Assembly: GCA_013151275.1 (NCBI GenBank)
Contig: JAADIP010000158.1
Span: forward strand, 1,622-65,621
Direction of reading: 5' to 3'
Origin: Calditrichota bacterium
Lineage (GTDB): Bacteria; Calditrichota; Calditrichia; Calditrichales; Calditrichaceae
Length of the DNA stretch: 64,000 nt
A program made the translations under genes and the position numbers. Position 1 is the first letter of the stretch. The number at the start of each line of letters is the position of its first letter. This document shows, one piece after another, positions 18,656 to 27,234 of the stretch. The notes below the pieces were generated by a model. That model searched no databases. It was not told the DNA's origin and was given only the letters and a program-made list of their open reading frames with translations.

Positions 18656-21600
18656 ATGAGATCTACTCATCTGTATGTAACTGTTTTAATCTTTTTAATT
18701 TTCACGAATCTCTTGTTTTCGCAGGCGGAATCCACATTAGCCGGAGGTCCGTGGACTTCGCCCTCAACCTGGAAAGACGGAGTTGTGCCCAACGCTTCGG
18801 ATTTTATTGTCATTAAGGGTCCCGTGACTCTTGACGTAATTACCAACGCCGGAGATCTTCGAATTGAAGCCGGAGGATCGCTTAAACCCGAAGTAATTAC
18901 TTCTGCCACCACCTATCATTTATATGTTACCAAAGACGTCACCAATTACGGCACTTTGGACGGCTACAATCTGGATTTGCATGTGGGAGGCAACCTGTAC
19001 AATAACGGCACCTGGACAACGGGTTACATCATGCTCGAAGACACATCGTCTCATTACATTACGGCTTACCCGGGTTCAAAATTCTCGCCCTCGGAAATCA
19101 AGGCGGACAGCGCGACTCTCCGCTCATCGGGCAACGTTTATCTGGACAGCGTTAAGGTATGGGTCAAGAATTTTTACCTGGGGAATAACGATCCGGTCTT
19201 TCCATCCGACACCCTTTATCTGACCCATCATTCCGTTTTAAGGGTTGACAATTTTTACGGCAACGGGAATACTATTTATTTGCAGAACGTATCCTATTTG
19301 TATTCCGCGGTTACCGGCGGAACAACTCCGTTATTCAAGGACGTCCGCCTGAAAGGTGACGTGGAGATAGGCGCCAATCTGAACTTTAGCGGCGACATTT
19401 TTAACGACGGAATCATGTTCCCGCGTTTTTACAATTTTAATCCTACTTTAAAAATCAACGGCAATTTCACGAACAACGGAGAGATAAAAGCAAACGAGTG
19501 GGGAGATAAACCGTACTTTGAAATCAGCGGCAATCTGACAAATAACGGAACATGGGATTCGCATCAGATTAAATTAACGGGACATTTGCAACACCTGCTT
19601 ATTACCGACGGGAGCAAAACTTTTTCTCCCGAATATTTCATATCCGACAGCTCCGCCGTTATTTCCGGATCGGATATTCGGTTTGACGACTCCAGGGTTC
19701 AGGTAAGAAAATTCACCCTCCAAAGCGGAAATAACCTTTACTTAAACACCGGTTCCTACCTGAAAACGGACGAATTCACCGGCAACGGTAATTTTATCCA
19801 ATTGTTAGATAATTCGTATTTGCATTCGGCTTTTTCCTCGGGTAAAAGCCCGGTTTACAACAATGTTTCTCTTAAAGGACAGGTGGCTATCGGAGCAAAC
19901 GTGATTTTTACGGGCAATATTTTCCTGCAGGGTAGCATGTTCTCCCGCTTTTACAACTCCAGCCCAACCGTTACGATTAACGGAAATTTTGTGAACAACG
20001 GCGAAATCAAGGAAAATTCCTCGGCGGACAAGCTGTTTTTTAATATCGCCGGAAATATTACCAACAACGGCGACTGGAGCTCAAATCAACTAAAACTGAC
20101 GGGAGACACGCAATATCTTACCACCGACACCAGCAAAACATTCTCGCCTTACTATTTTACCACCGACAGCGCCACGGTAATCTCGAATTCCGATATCCGC
20201 TTTGACGCCTGCAAAGTTCAGGTAAAAAAATTCATTCTCCAGAACAAAAACAACCTCTACTTAAATTCCGGCGCAAAACTTCAAACGGACGAGTTCATCG
20301 GTAACGGCAACTTTATCCGCTTATCGGGCAATTCATATCTTTTTTCCGGTTTTTCTTCCGGAACAACCGGAAACTACCAAAACATCACCCTTAAGGGTCA
20401 GGTCGGTATCGGCGCAAACGTGAATTTTACGGGCGATATTTATCTGCAGGGAACCATGTACTCACAATTTTACAATTCCAGCCCCACCGTTACAATTGAC
20501 GGAAATTTTGTAAACAACGGCGAAATCAAGGAAAATAGCTCGGCGGACAAGCTGTTTTTTAATATCAGCGGAAATATTACCAACAACGGCAACTGGAGCT
20601 CAAATCAACTTAAACTGACGGGAGACACGCAATATCTTACCACCGACACCAGTAAAATTTTCTCGCCCTACTATTTTACCACCGACAGCGCCACGGTAAT
20701 CTCGAATTCCGATATCCGCTTTGACGCCTGCAAAGTTCAGGTAAAAAAATTCATCCTCCAGAACAAAAACAACCTCTACTTAAATTCCGGCGCAAAACTT
20801 CAAACGGACGAATTTTCCGGCAACAACAATTTTATTCTGCTGTCCGGTAATTCCTATCTTTTCTCCGCTTTTACCTCAGGCGGCACCCCCAATTACAGCG
20901 ACGTTAAACTTAAAGGCGACGTGGGAATCGGATCGACGATGAACTTTTCGGGCGATGTCTTTTTAGAAGGAACAATGTATCCTCAGTTTTACAACTCAAG
21001 TCCCACAATAGTAATTTTCGGCACATTTCAGAACAGCGGCGAAATAAAAGCGAATACGTCCGGAGACAAATTGTCCCTCGACATCAAAGACAATTTCGAA
21101 AACGCCGGTAAATGCGAAGTTTATCAACTGTCTTTTTCGGGTATGGATGATCAGCATTTCAGCATTAAAGATTCGTCCTCTTCGGTTAAAAATGTCCGGT
21201 TTTCAGCGATGCGCTCCGGGAATACTTACCAATGGTTAAAAGACGGGGCTCCTCTCGTCAGCAGCGGAAATGTCAGCGGCGTCACCAGTTACACGCTGAA
21301 ATTCAAGTCGGTTACTCCAAATGATTTCGGCGTTTACAAATGCAAAATCGACTCCAACGGCACAATCCTTTATTCGAGAGAAATTACCGTAAATAACGTT
21401 ATTACCGCTATCGACGACGCCCAGGCAAAAGGCGGAAACAAGGGCAGAGGCGGAGACTCCCAATATCCCGAAAAATTCGCGCTCTATCAGAACTATCCCA
21501 ATCCGTTCAATCCGACAACTACCCTGAAGATCGACCTTCCCGAAAGAGCGCACGTGATTCTGCGTATTTACGACTATTCCGGTCGAATGGTCAAAGAATT

Positions 21601-21757
21601 GGCGAACGGCTGGCTTATGCCCGGAACGCATCTGATTAAATTCGACGGAAACAAACTTGCCAGCGGCGCTTATTTTTACCGGATTCAAGCCAAACCAGTG
21701 TCCTCGGAAGCCGGCGCGGTTTACACGGAAACGAAAAAGATGATTCTGCTTAAATAA
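18656..21757 (+). CDS. Secreted protein with ~173-aa tandem repeats, Ig domain and T9SS-type CTD
   Basis: AGGAGG RBS, signal peptide, GPWTSPSTWKDGVVP N-terminal motif, about 4 repeats (NGNFxNNGEIK...ISGNITNNGxW), YQWLKDG...DFGVYKC Ig domain, NYPNPFNP CTD. Confidence 0.78.
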   Translation: MRSTHLYVTVLIFLIFTNLLFSQAESTLAGGPWTSPSTWKDGVVPNASDFIVIKGPVTLDVITNAGDLRIEAGGSLKPEVITSATTYHLYVTKDVTNYGTLDGYNLDLHVGGNLYNNGTWTTGYIMLEDTSSHYITAYPGSKFSPSEIKADSATLRSSGNVYLDSVKVWVKNFYLGNNDPVFPSDTLYLTHHSVLRVDNFYGNGNTIYLQNVSYLYSAVTGGTTPLFKDVRLKGDVEIGANLNFSGDIFNDGIMFPRFYNFNPTLKINGNFTNNGEIKANEWGDKPYFEISGNLTNNGTWDSHQIKLTGHLQHLLITDGSKTFSPEYFISDSSAVISGSDIRFDDSRVQVRKFTLQSGNNLYLNTGSYLKTDEFTGNGNFIQLLDNSYLHSAFSSGKSPVYNNVSLKGQVAIGANVIFTGNIFLQGSMFSRFYNSSPTVTINGNFVNNGEIKENSSADKLFFNIAGNITNNGDWSSNQLKLTGDTQYLTTDTSKTFSPYYFTTDSATVISNSDIRFDACKVQVKKFILQNKNNLYLNSGAKLQTDEFIGNGNFIRLSGNSYLFSGFSSGTTGNYQNITLKGQVGIGANVNFTGDIYLQGTMYSQFYNSSPTVTIDGNFVNNGEIKENSSADKLFFNISGNITNNGNWSSNQLKLTGDTQYLTTDTSKIFSPYYFTTDSATVISNSDIRFDACKVQVKKFILQNKNNLYLNSGAKLQTDEFSGNNNFILLSGNSYLFSAFTSGGTPNYSDVKLKGDVGIGSTMNFSGDVFLEGTMYPQFYNSSPTIVIFGTFQNSGEIKANTSGDKLSLDIKDNFENAGKCEVYQLSFSGMDDQHFSIKDSSSSVKNVRFSAMRSGNTYQWLKDGAPLVSSGNVSGVTSYTLKFKSVTPNDFGVYKCKIDSNGTILYSREITVNNVITAIDDAQAKGGNKGRGGDSQYPEKFALYQNYPNPFNPTTTLKIDLPERAHVILRIYDYSGRMVKELANGWLMPGTHLIKFDGNKLASGAYFYRIQAKPVSSEAGAVYTETKKMILLK
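19961..20860 (+). repeat. Near-identical in-frame direct repeat, period 519 nt (copies about 19961-20341 and 20480-20860)
   Basis: GGGAGACACG at 20101 and 20620; one stretch of about 85 nt is identical between the copies. Confidence 0.93.
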
Positions 21758-21763
21758 ACGGTT

Positions 21764-21817
21764 TAAGAGTTCGCTCCCGGGGCTCCGTTTTCGCCGGACC
21801 CCGGGCGGCTGCTCTTA
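21764..21817 (+). terminator. GC-rich stem-loop downstream of the three-gene secreted cluster (no U tract)
   Basis: TAAGAG...CCCGGGG(C)TCCG-loop-CGGACCCCGGG...CTCTTA. Confidence 0.5.
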
Positions 21818-22012
21818 CGATAATATGCCGATTCGATCCGGACACCCTTTAAATTTTTTACCCCGAAGTTTGAACAGAATAAAAATGATAACCGGCGTCC
21901 TGAACCCCATGTCAGATTCTCCGTTTTTTTAATAGATAAATTTGCTTTAAATTTGTATCTTTCACTTTGCCTTTGATTATTTTACACAATTCAGTAAAAT
22001 CAACAGTTACGG

Positions 22013-22933
22013 ATGGTTACTAAAATGATTTTCAGACTAATCTTAATTTTCTCACTGATTTTTTTCCTCTTTAATTGCCAGATCGACCGTCAGGCTGCGT
22101 CCGGAGCAAACGGCAGCAACCCAAACGCAACATTTAAATCGTTTGCCGTTCAGAACCCGGAGCTTGACGAAGTTTCGGGAATGGTTGCCAGCCGTCAGTA
22201 TCCGGGAATATTATGGGTTCACAATGACAGCGGCGACAAAGCCCGCATTTTCGCCCTGACCTCCGCGGGACAGACCGTGGGCGAAGTTTTACTTAATTCG
22301 GTCAAGGCTGAAGACTGGGAAGATATCACCCTGGGACCGGGCGCGGAAAAGTCGGCTGATTACATCTACATTGCAGATATCGGAGACAATCGCGCCGTTC
22401 GGGACGTTAAAACGATTTATCGTATTAAGGAACCGGATGTCAACCTGCTAAAAACCCGCAAAACGCTGACCGTTGATGAATTCGATCGGATTCGTTTCCG
22501 TTTTCCCGACGGTTCAAGGGATGCGGAAACCTTAATGTCCGATCCGAAAACCGGAGATCTTTACATAGTTTCAAAACGCGAATCCAGAGTGGGATTATAT
22601 GTATTGCCTTTTCCGCAAGACACTTCGCGGATCACGGAAGCAAAATTCCTGATCCGTCTCCCCATCACTCAGGTAACGGGGGGCGATATTTCTCCTTCGG
22701 GGAAAAATATTCTTCTCAAAAATTATCTGCAGATATTCTACTGGGAGCGTCCGGATCAAAAATCGGTTTCGGAGTCCATGCAAAATTTCCCTTCCTTTTT
22801 ACCCTACAACGAAGAGCCGCAGGGCGAAGCTATATGTTTTTCCGCAGATGAAGACGGTTATTTCACCTTAAGCGAAAAATCCGACAGCAGGAAGATTTTT
22901 CTCTATTTTTATCCTTCGGGTTTTCCGAAATAA
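22013..22933 (+). CDS. Hypothetical lipoprotein, probable beta-propeller (phytase-like/SdiA-regulated-like)
   Basis: Lipobox-like FLFNC; ELDEVSGMVAS..WVHNDSG, DWEDI, YIADIGDN, DAETL, TGGDIS, QGEAICF repeats. Confidence 0.6.
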   Translation: MVTKMIFRLILIFSLIFFLFNCQIDRQAASGANGSNPNATFKSFAVQNPELDEVSGMVASRQYPGILWVHNDSGDKARIFALTSAGQTVGEVLLNSVKAEDWEDITLGPGAEKSADYIYIADIGDNRAVRDVKTIYRIKEPDVNLLKTRKTLTVDEFDRIRFRFPDGSRDAETLMSDPKTGDLYIVSKRESRVGLYVLPFPQDTSRITEAKFLIRLPITQVTGGDISPSGKNILLKNYLQIFYWERPDQKSVSESMQNFPSFLPYNEEPQGEAICFSADEDGYFTLSEKSDSRKIFLYFYPSGFPK

Positions 22934-22943
22934 AAACCGAAGA

Positions 22944-22985
22944 GATTGATAATTGATGATTGATGATTTATGATTTGCGATTGAT
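22944..22985 (+). repeat. Six-unit heptamer array (GATTGAT consensus) just after a stop codon
   Basis: gattgat aattgat gattgat gatttat gatttgc gattgat. Confidence 0.8.
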
Positions 22986-23044
22986 AAAAAATAGGTAGCA
23001 GGCAGAAAACAGGAAGACGGTGTCGGGAATAACGGAAGTTCTTC

Positions 23045-23158
23045 TTTTTGATTTTTAGCGCTTAAAACAGGAGAATTTTTTTCAGTTGCAATTTTAAATT
23101 CAATTTAATCTCTGCGCGCTTTGTGACTCCTTTGTGTGCATTGTGGTTATTATTTCCC
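23045..23158 (+). repeat. Dispersed intergenic repeat copy (TTTTGATTTTTAGCGCTTAAAA...CTTTGTG..CTTTGTG..TGTGGTTATTATT)
   Basis: Colinear similarity to 29462-29574; first module also at 29593-29660 and, inverted, in 33870-33925 and 34093-34148. Confidence 0.75.
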
Positions 23159-23297
23159 GCGGAGAGCGCCACAGGAATTATCGTTCGGATCACAAGAGAA
23201 AAAGAAATACTCTTCCCGATTTAAGTTAAGGAATCTTTGATTTATTTTTTACGTAAGGGGAAATATGATCGCCTGATTACAAAGAGGAGATAAGACC

Positions 23298-24350
23298 TTG
23301 GACTCCGATTCAAAAAAAGAAAAATTTTTCAATTCGTTTAAACGCGAATACAGGGAAATCAAGAAATTCTATTTAAGCGAGGCTCAGAAGAAAAAACTGC
23401 AGAAAATGCTTTTTCTGCGCCGCTTTTTTGTCTTCAACTTTTTGATATTAAAAGCATTGTACTTAAAACTGCAGAGTACGCGCAGAATCATCTTTTTGCT
23501 GGCTATTTTCTTTCTATTTCAAGCCGATATCTCCTTTACCTATCAAACGTATTCTTACCATTTGCAGCTCCGCTTTTTGTCCGCGGTTCTGCTCCTGTTT
23601 TTACTTCTTTTGGAATTAAAAGATAAATTATTAATCCGCGATGAAATTCTTGCAGCCCGGGCTATTCAAAGCGCGCTCAGTCCCGAGGTACAGCCGAAAA
23701 TCCCGGGATTTGATACTTACCTGTTTTGTCAGCCGGTTAACGAAGTCGGCGGCGACCTGGTCGATTGTATTGCCCTGCCCGATCAATCACACATAATTGC
23801 GCTTGCCGATATTTCGGGGAAAGGGCTGCCCGCCGCGTTATTAATGTCCAAGCTTCAGGGATTCATTCACGCTTTTGCCCGCGATACCCCCTTCGCGAAT
23901 ATGATGGATGTTCTTAATACCAAATTCTACCACACCATTCCCCGGCAATCTTTTGCTTCGCTGATTCTGATTCGTCTTACGGTTGATAATCCGCAAATAC
24001 AAATTCTGAACGCCGGACATCTTCCGCCGCTGCTGGTCACAAAATCGGGAATCGTTTCCCTGAACAAAGGCGGACTGGCTATCGGACTGAGACCCGAAAA
24101 CTCCTATTCTGTTCAGTCTGTTCTGCTGAATCCCGCAGACATTTTTATTGCCTATTCGGACGGTTTAACCGAAGCGTTTGACGACAAAGGAGAGCAATTC
24201 GGCGAAGAACGCTTGATGCAAACGCTTAAAGAGAACCGGTCGCTTACGGCAAACAGGATTGCTGAACGCATTTTGAAAGAGGTAGGCAGTTTTTCGGATG
24301 AGCAATATTTAAAAGACGATCTTTCGCTTATTGTCATCAAAAAGAAATGA
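23298..24350 (+). CDS. Membrane-anchored PP2C/SpoIIE (RsbU-like) phosphatase
   Basis: TTG start after AGGAG; N-terminal hydrophobic helices; EVGGDLVD, LADISGKGLPAALLM, NAGHLPP, YSDGLTEA, DDLS motifs. Confidence 0.9.
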   Translation: MDSDSKKEKFFNSFKREYREIKKFYLSEAQKKKLQKMLFLRRFFVFNFLILKALYLKLQSTRRIIFLLAIFFLFQADISFTYQTYSYHLQLRFLSAVLLLFLLLLELKDKLLIRDEILAARAIQSALSPEVQPKIPGFDTYLFCQPVNEVGGDLVDCIALPDQSHIIALADISGKGLPAALLMSKLQGFIHAFARDTPFANMMDVLNTKFYHTIPRQSFASLILIRLTVDNPQIQILNAGHLPPLLVTKSGIVSLNKGGLAIGLRPENSYSVQSVLLNPADIFIAYSDGLTEAFDDKGEQFGEERLMQTLKENRSLTANRIAERILKEVGSFSDEQYLKDDLSLIVIKKK

Positions 24351-24518
24351 TTTTCCGACTAACGGCGTCGGTAATTCACCCCTTGGCTTTGTAATCCGAA
24401 AATTAATGAACCTTTCCGGTCGGCGTAAAACCGGATTCAGACCGGTTTCTCCCGTTCCGAGGCTGTAGCCGACGATTAATAATCGTCGCGCAAAATCGCT
24501 TTTATTAAGAACGATTAT

Positions 24519-26729
24519 TTATCTTACAAATTCCAAAGCATCCAGAACTATCCCCGGCGTAAGGATTTCCGGTAGAATTTTCGGCTGTTCTCCGTTTCTG
24601 CCGGAATAAAGAACATACAGCGGAACGCTCATTCTACCGTAACGAGCCAGGGCTTGCGTTATTACCGGATCACGTTTGGTCCAGTCAGCCTTTAAAGGGA
24701 TTATTCCCAATTCCCTGAATTTTTGCGCCACCTTCTGCGAAGAAAGGGCAACCTGTTCGTTAACCTGACAAGAGACACACCATTTCGCCGTAAAATCGAT
24801 AAACACCGGATTTCCTTCTTTTAACAATTGATTCAAAAGTTCATCCGAATAAGGCTGCCAGTCAATACCCCCCGCGTTAACCGATTCGGACGGATTGGTA
24901 ATGAAATGGTGGTATTTGACAAGAGTGTAACCGTTGCTGAATAACAGAATAATCAACGCCAAGACCCACGCCGTGATGCGTGTTTTTTGAGGCATGGCGA
25001 GGTTCCCCCAGCGTCCGTAAACCCAGCCTGCCATGGCTGTAAACATGAGATCGAACAGCACAATAATAACCACCAGAGTACCGACCTGCTGACTTAAAAC
25101 CCACAACAGCCAGATAACCGTGGCTATTAACAAAAAACCCATGAATTGTTTTAAAGATTCCATCCAGCGACCGGGTTTGGGAACGAATTTCAACAAAGCG
25201 GGAACGGAAGTGAGAAGAGCAAAAGGGAACGCCATTCCGAGCCCTAAAAAGGTAAAAATTACGAGCGAAATCAACGGCGGTTGGGTTAAGGCAAATCCCA
25301 GCGCGCCGCCCATAAACGGGGCTGTGCACGGCGTGGCGACGACAGTAGCCACAACGCCGTCCATAAACGAGCCGGTCCAGCCGCCGGATTTTCCCGCCCG
25401 ACCGCCGACCGCTGTTAACGAAGTTCCTATTTCAAACACACCGAACATGCTCAAACCCAAAAGGAACATAAAAGCCGAAATAATAATCAGAAAAGTCGGC
25501 GATTGTAATTGAAAGCCCCAGCCCAATTGTTCGCCGCCCGCTTTCAGAATCAAAAGAACAATGGCAAGCGCCCAGAAGGTCAACAACACGCCTGCCGTAA
25601 ATACAATTCCGTGTTTCCACGGTTTGGTGTGCTCGTCCTGAGCCTGTTTTACAAAACGCATGATTTTAATGGAGAGTACGGGAAGAACGCAAGGCATCAA
25701 ATTTAGAATCATTCCGCCCAAAAAAGAAAACAATATTGCCAGCCAGATGCTCGAAATCCCTGAAGTTGAGGGCGTCGCAGGCAATTCTTCGGAAATGGGC
25801 ACGCGGATTTCGGCTCCCTTCTCCGATCCGCTTCCGCGCCAGCCCGGCTCCGCCACCAGCACGCCTTTCAAAGTATCCACAGGATTTTCCGACTGCGGCG
25901 AACGTTTTAATTCTATTAAATAACTTCTTCCTTTCTTTTTGAAAGGCTGCTTTGCCTCGTACTCAAGAACACCCTGCTGATAGGGGAAAAAATACAGTTC
26001 TTCTAAATTTCCCTTAAACCATTCCGGCGGCGTCAATTGCAAAAGATAGGTATGATCGGTGCTTATGGAGCTTATCTGCCAATCGCTGAGAGTGTGAGGA
26101 ATGCGGAAACGCGCCTGCGAAAACAGTTGAGAGTAACGCTCATCCACTTCGGGCGGCGCGTCTTTAACCGGAAGTCTAATCTCCAGCTCCTTTTCGCCCG
26201 GCATACAGGATTCTCGACATTCCAGCCAGCTTACATGAACCTTAATAAGTAATTCGCTGCCCGGCTTTACGGACTTATCGATTGTAATCGGCACAAGAAA
26301 ATACTGCGCCCCGCTGTATCCGAAAGAAATAATATCCGCGGCGTCAAGCACTTCGGGATAGGGCCATTGAACCTCGCCGGCTTTTACGCCTTCCGGTAAG
26401 TTAAAGGTGAAAACCGTTTCCATTCCGGTCTCGCCGTAATTCCGCCAGTAAATATGCCAGCCATCGGTCGAGTTCAACTCGACGGCTAACCATATTGTTT
26501 CTCCGGGAGCCGCCCATTTAGCCTCGGAATATATCGCGGTTTTAATATGCGAAGGTTGATTAAAAGACAATTGAGCATGAAGCGGAGAATTCAAACCCGC
26601 AAAGAAAAATAGGATGATCAAAAAAGATGAAAGTAAATTTCCCGAATGACTTCCCCTGGAAAAGCGAAGGAGTGTCCTGCTCATACAAAATTCCTTTCTA
26701 TATTCATTGAAAGATTTTGTTCCTGACAT
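24519..26729 (-). CDS. dsbD: Thiol:disulfide interchange protein DsbD family (DsbD-N + TM + thioredoxin)
   Basis: WHIYWRNYGETG and WLECRESC N-domain; LNLMPCVLPVLSIK and ATPCTAPFMG TM cysteines; FTAKWCVSC thioredoxin. Alternative start ATG 26684. Confidence 0.88.
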   Translation of the reverse strand: MSGTKSFNEYRKEFCMSRTLLRFSRGSHSGNLLSSFLIILFFFAGLNSPLHAQLSFNQPSHIKTAIYSEAKWAAPGETIWLAVELNSTDGWHIYWRNYGETGMETVFTFNLPEGVKAGEVQWPYPEVLDAADIISFGYSGAQYFLVPITIDKSVKPGSELLIKVHVSWLECRESCMPGEKELEIRLPVKDAPPEVDERYSQLFSQARFRIPHTLSDWQISSISTDHTYLLQLTPPEWFKGNLEELYFFPYQQGVLEYEAKQPFKKKGRSYLIELKRSPQSENPVDTLKGVLVAEPGWRGSGSEKGAEIRVPISEELPATPSTSGISSIWLAILFSFLGGMILNLMPCVLPVLSIKIMRFVKQAQDEHTKPWKHGIVFTAGVLLTFWALAIVLLILKAGGEQLGWGFQLQSPTFLIIISAFMFLLGLSMFGVFEIGTSLTAVGGRAGKSGGWTGSFMDGVVATVVATPCTAPFMGGALGFALTQPPLISLVIFTFLGLGMAFPFALLTSVPALLKFVPKPGRWMESLKQFMGFLLIATVIWLLWVLSQQVGTLVVIIVLFDLMFTAMAGWVYGRWGNLAMPQKTRITAWVLALIILLFSNGYTLVKYHHFITNPSESVNAGGIDWQPYSDELLNQLLKEGNPVFIDFTAKWCVSCQVNEQVALSSQKVAQKFRELGIIPLKADWTKRDPVITQALARYGRMSVPLYVLYSGRNGEQPKILPEILTPGIVLDALEFVR

Positions 26730-26843
26730 ACAGAATGAAACACAAGTTAAAAAATTTTAACTTAAAATTAAAGTTGAGCTGCTTCGTCAATATTTTAACG
26801 CAAAAATCCTTTCTTTTTTGGGCAGAATTTGTTAAACGTTAAA

Positions 26844-26998
26844 GGGTTAAGGGTTAAGGGTTAAGGGTGTAAGCGGCTTCTCCGGTCGCTGGTAACTGGT
26901 TACTCGTCACTTTGTTACTATGTTACTTTGTCACTTTGTAACTCATTACGCGTCACGCATCACGCATTACGTCTTTCCGCTAACCAATAACCATTAAC
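26844..26998 (+). repeat. Intergenic composite microsatellite: (GGGTTAA)3GGG G-tract array then 7/8-mer units ending in AC
   Basis: GGG at 26844, 26851, 26858, 26865; then tggtaac tggttac tcgtcac tttgttac tatgttac tttgtcac tttgtaac tcattac gcgtcac gcatcac gcattac ... caataac cattaac. Confidence 0.88.
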
Positions 26999-27234
26999 AG
27001 CTTTTCTCCCGCATGGCACCGGTTTGCCCGGATTATGTTTTTCAGAACGCCGACCCTGTTGCTTTTGATCCAACTAAATATTTTTTGATGTTAATCCCCG
27101 CCCTTCGGGACAGCAAGTTAAATAATTATTCGTTTTCGGATTTTCAGCGGATTCCGAAAAAGCGCGTCAATAAAAATAATTTCATCGGATTAAGTTTTTA
27201 AATATCTTTGCTCTTTTATTCGGAGACTTAATGC

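Noticed and set aside
19961-20860. 519-nt near-identical repeat pair as a DGR template/variable repeat
   Set aside because: Differences include C/T and T/C changes and are mostly synonymous, not adenine-specific; both copies are in-frame within one ORF; no reverse transcriptase in the window.
21764-21817. GC stem-loop as SRP RNA or other ncRNA
   Set aside because: Lacks the CAGG-NNN-GGAA-NNN-AGCAG arrangement on either strand; more simply a 3' stem-loop.
24356-24515. Several palindromes between convergent PP2C and dsbD genes (e.g. CGACGATT-aat-AATCGTCG at 24470-24488)
   Set aside because: Best explained as bidirectional termination structure; no evidence for a separate RNA gene.
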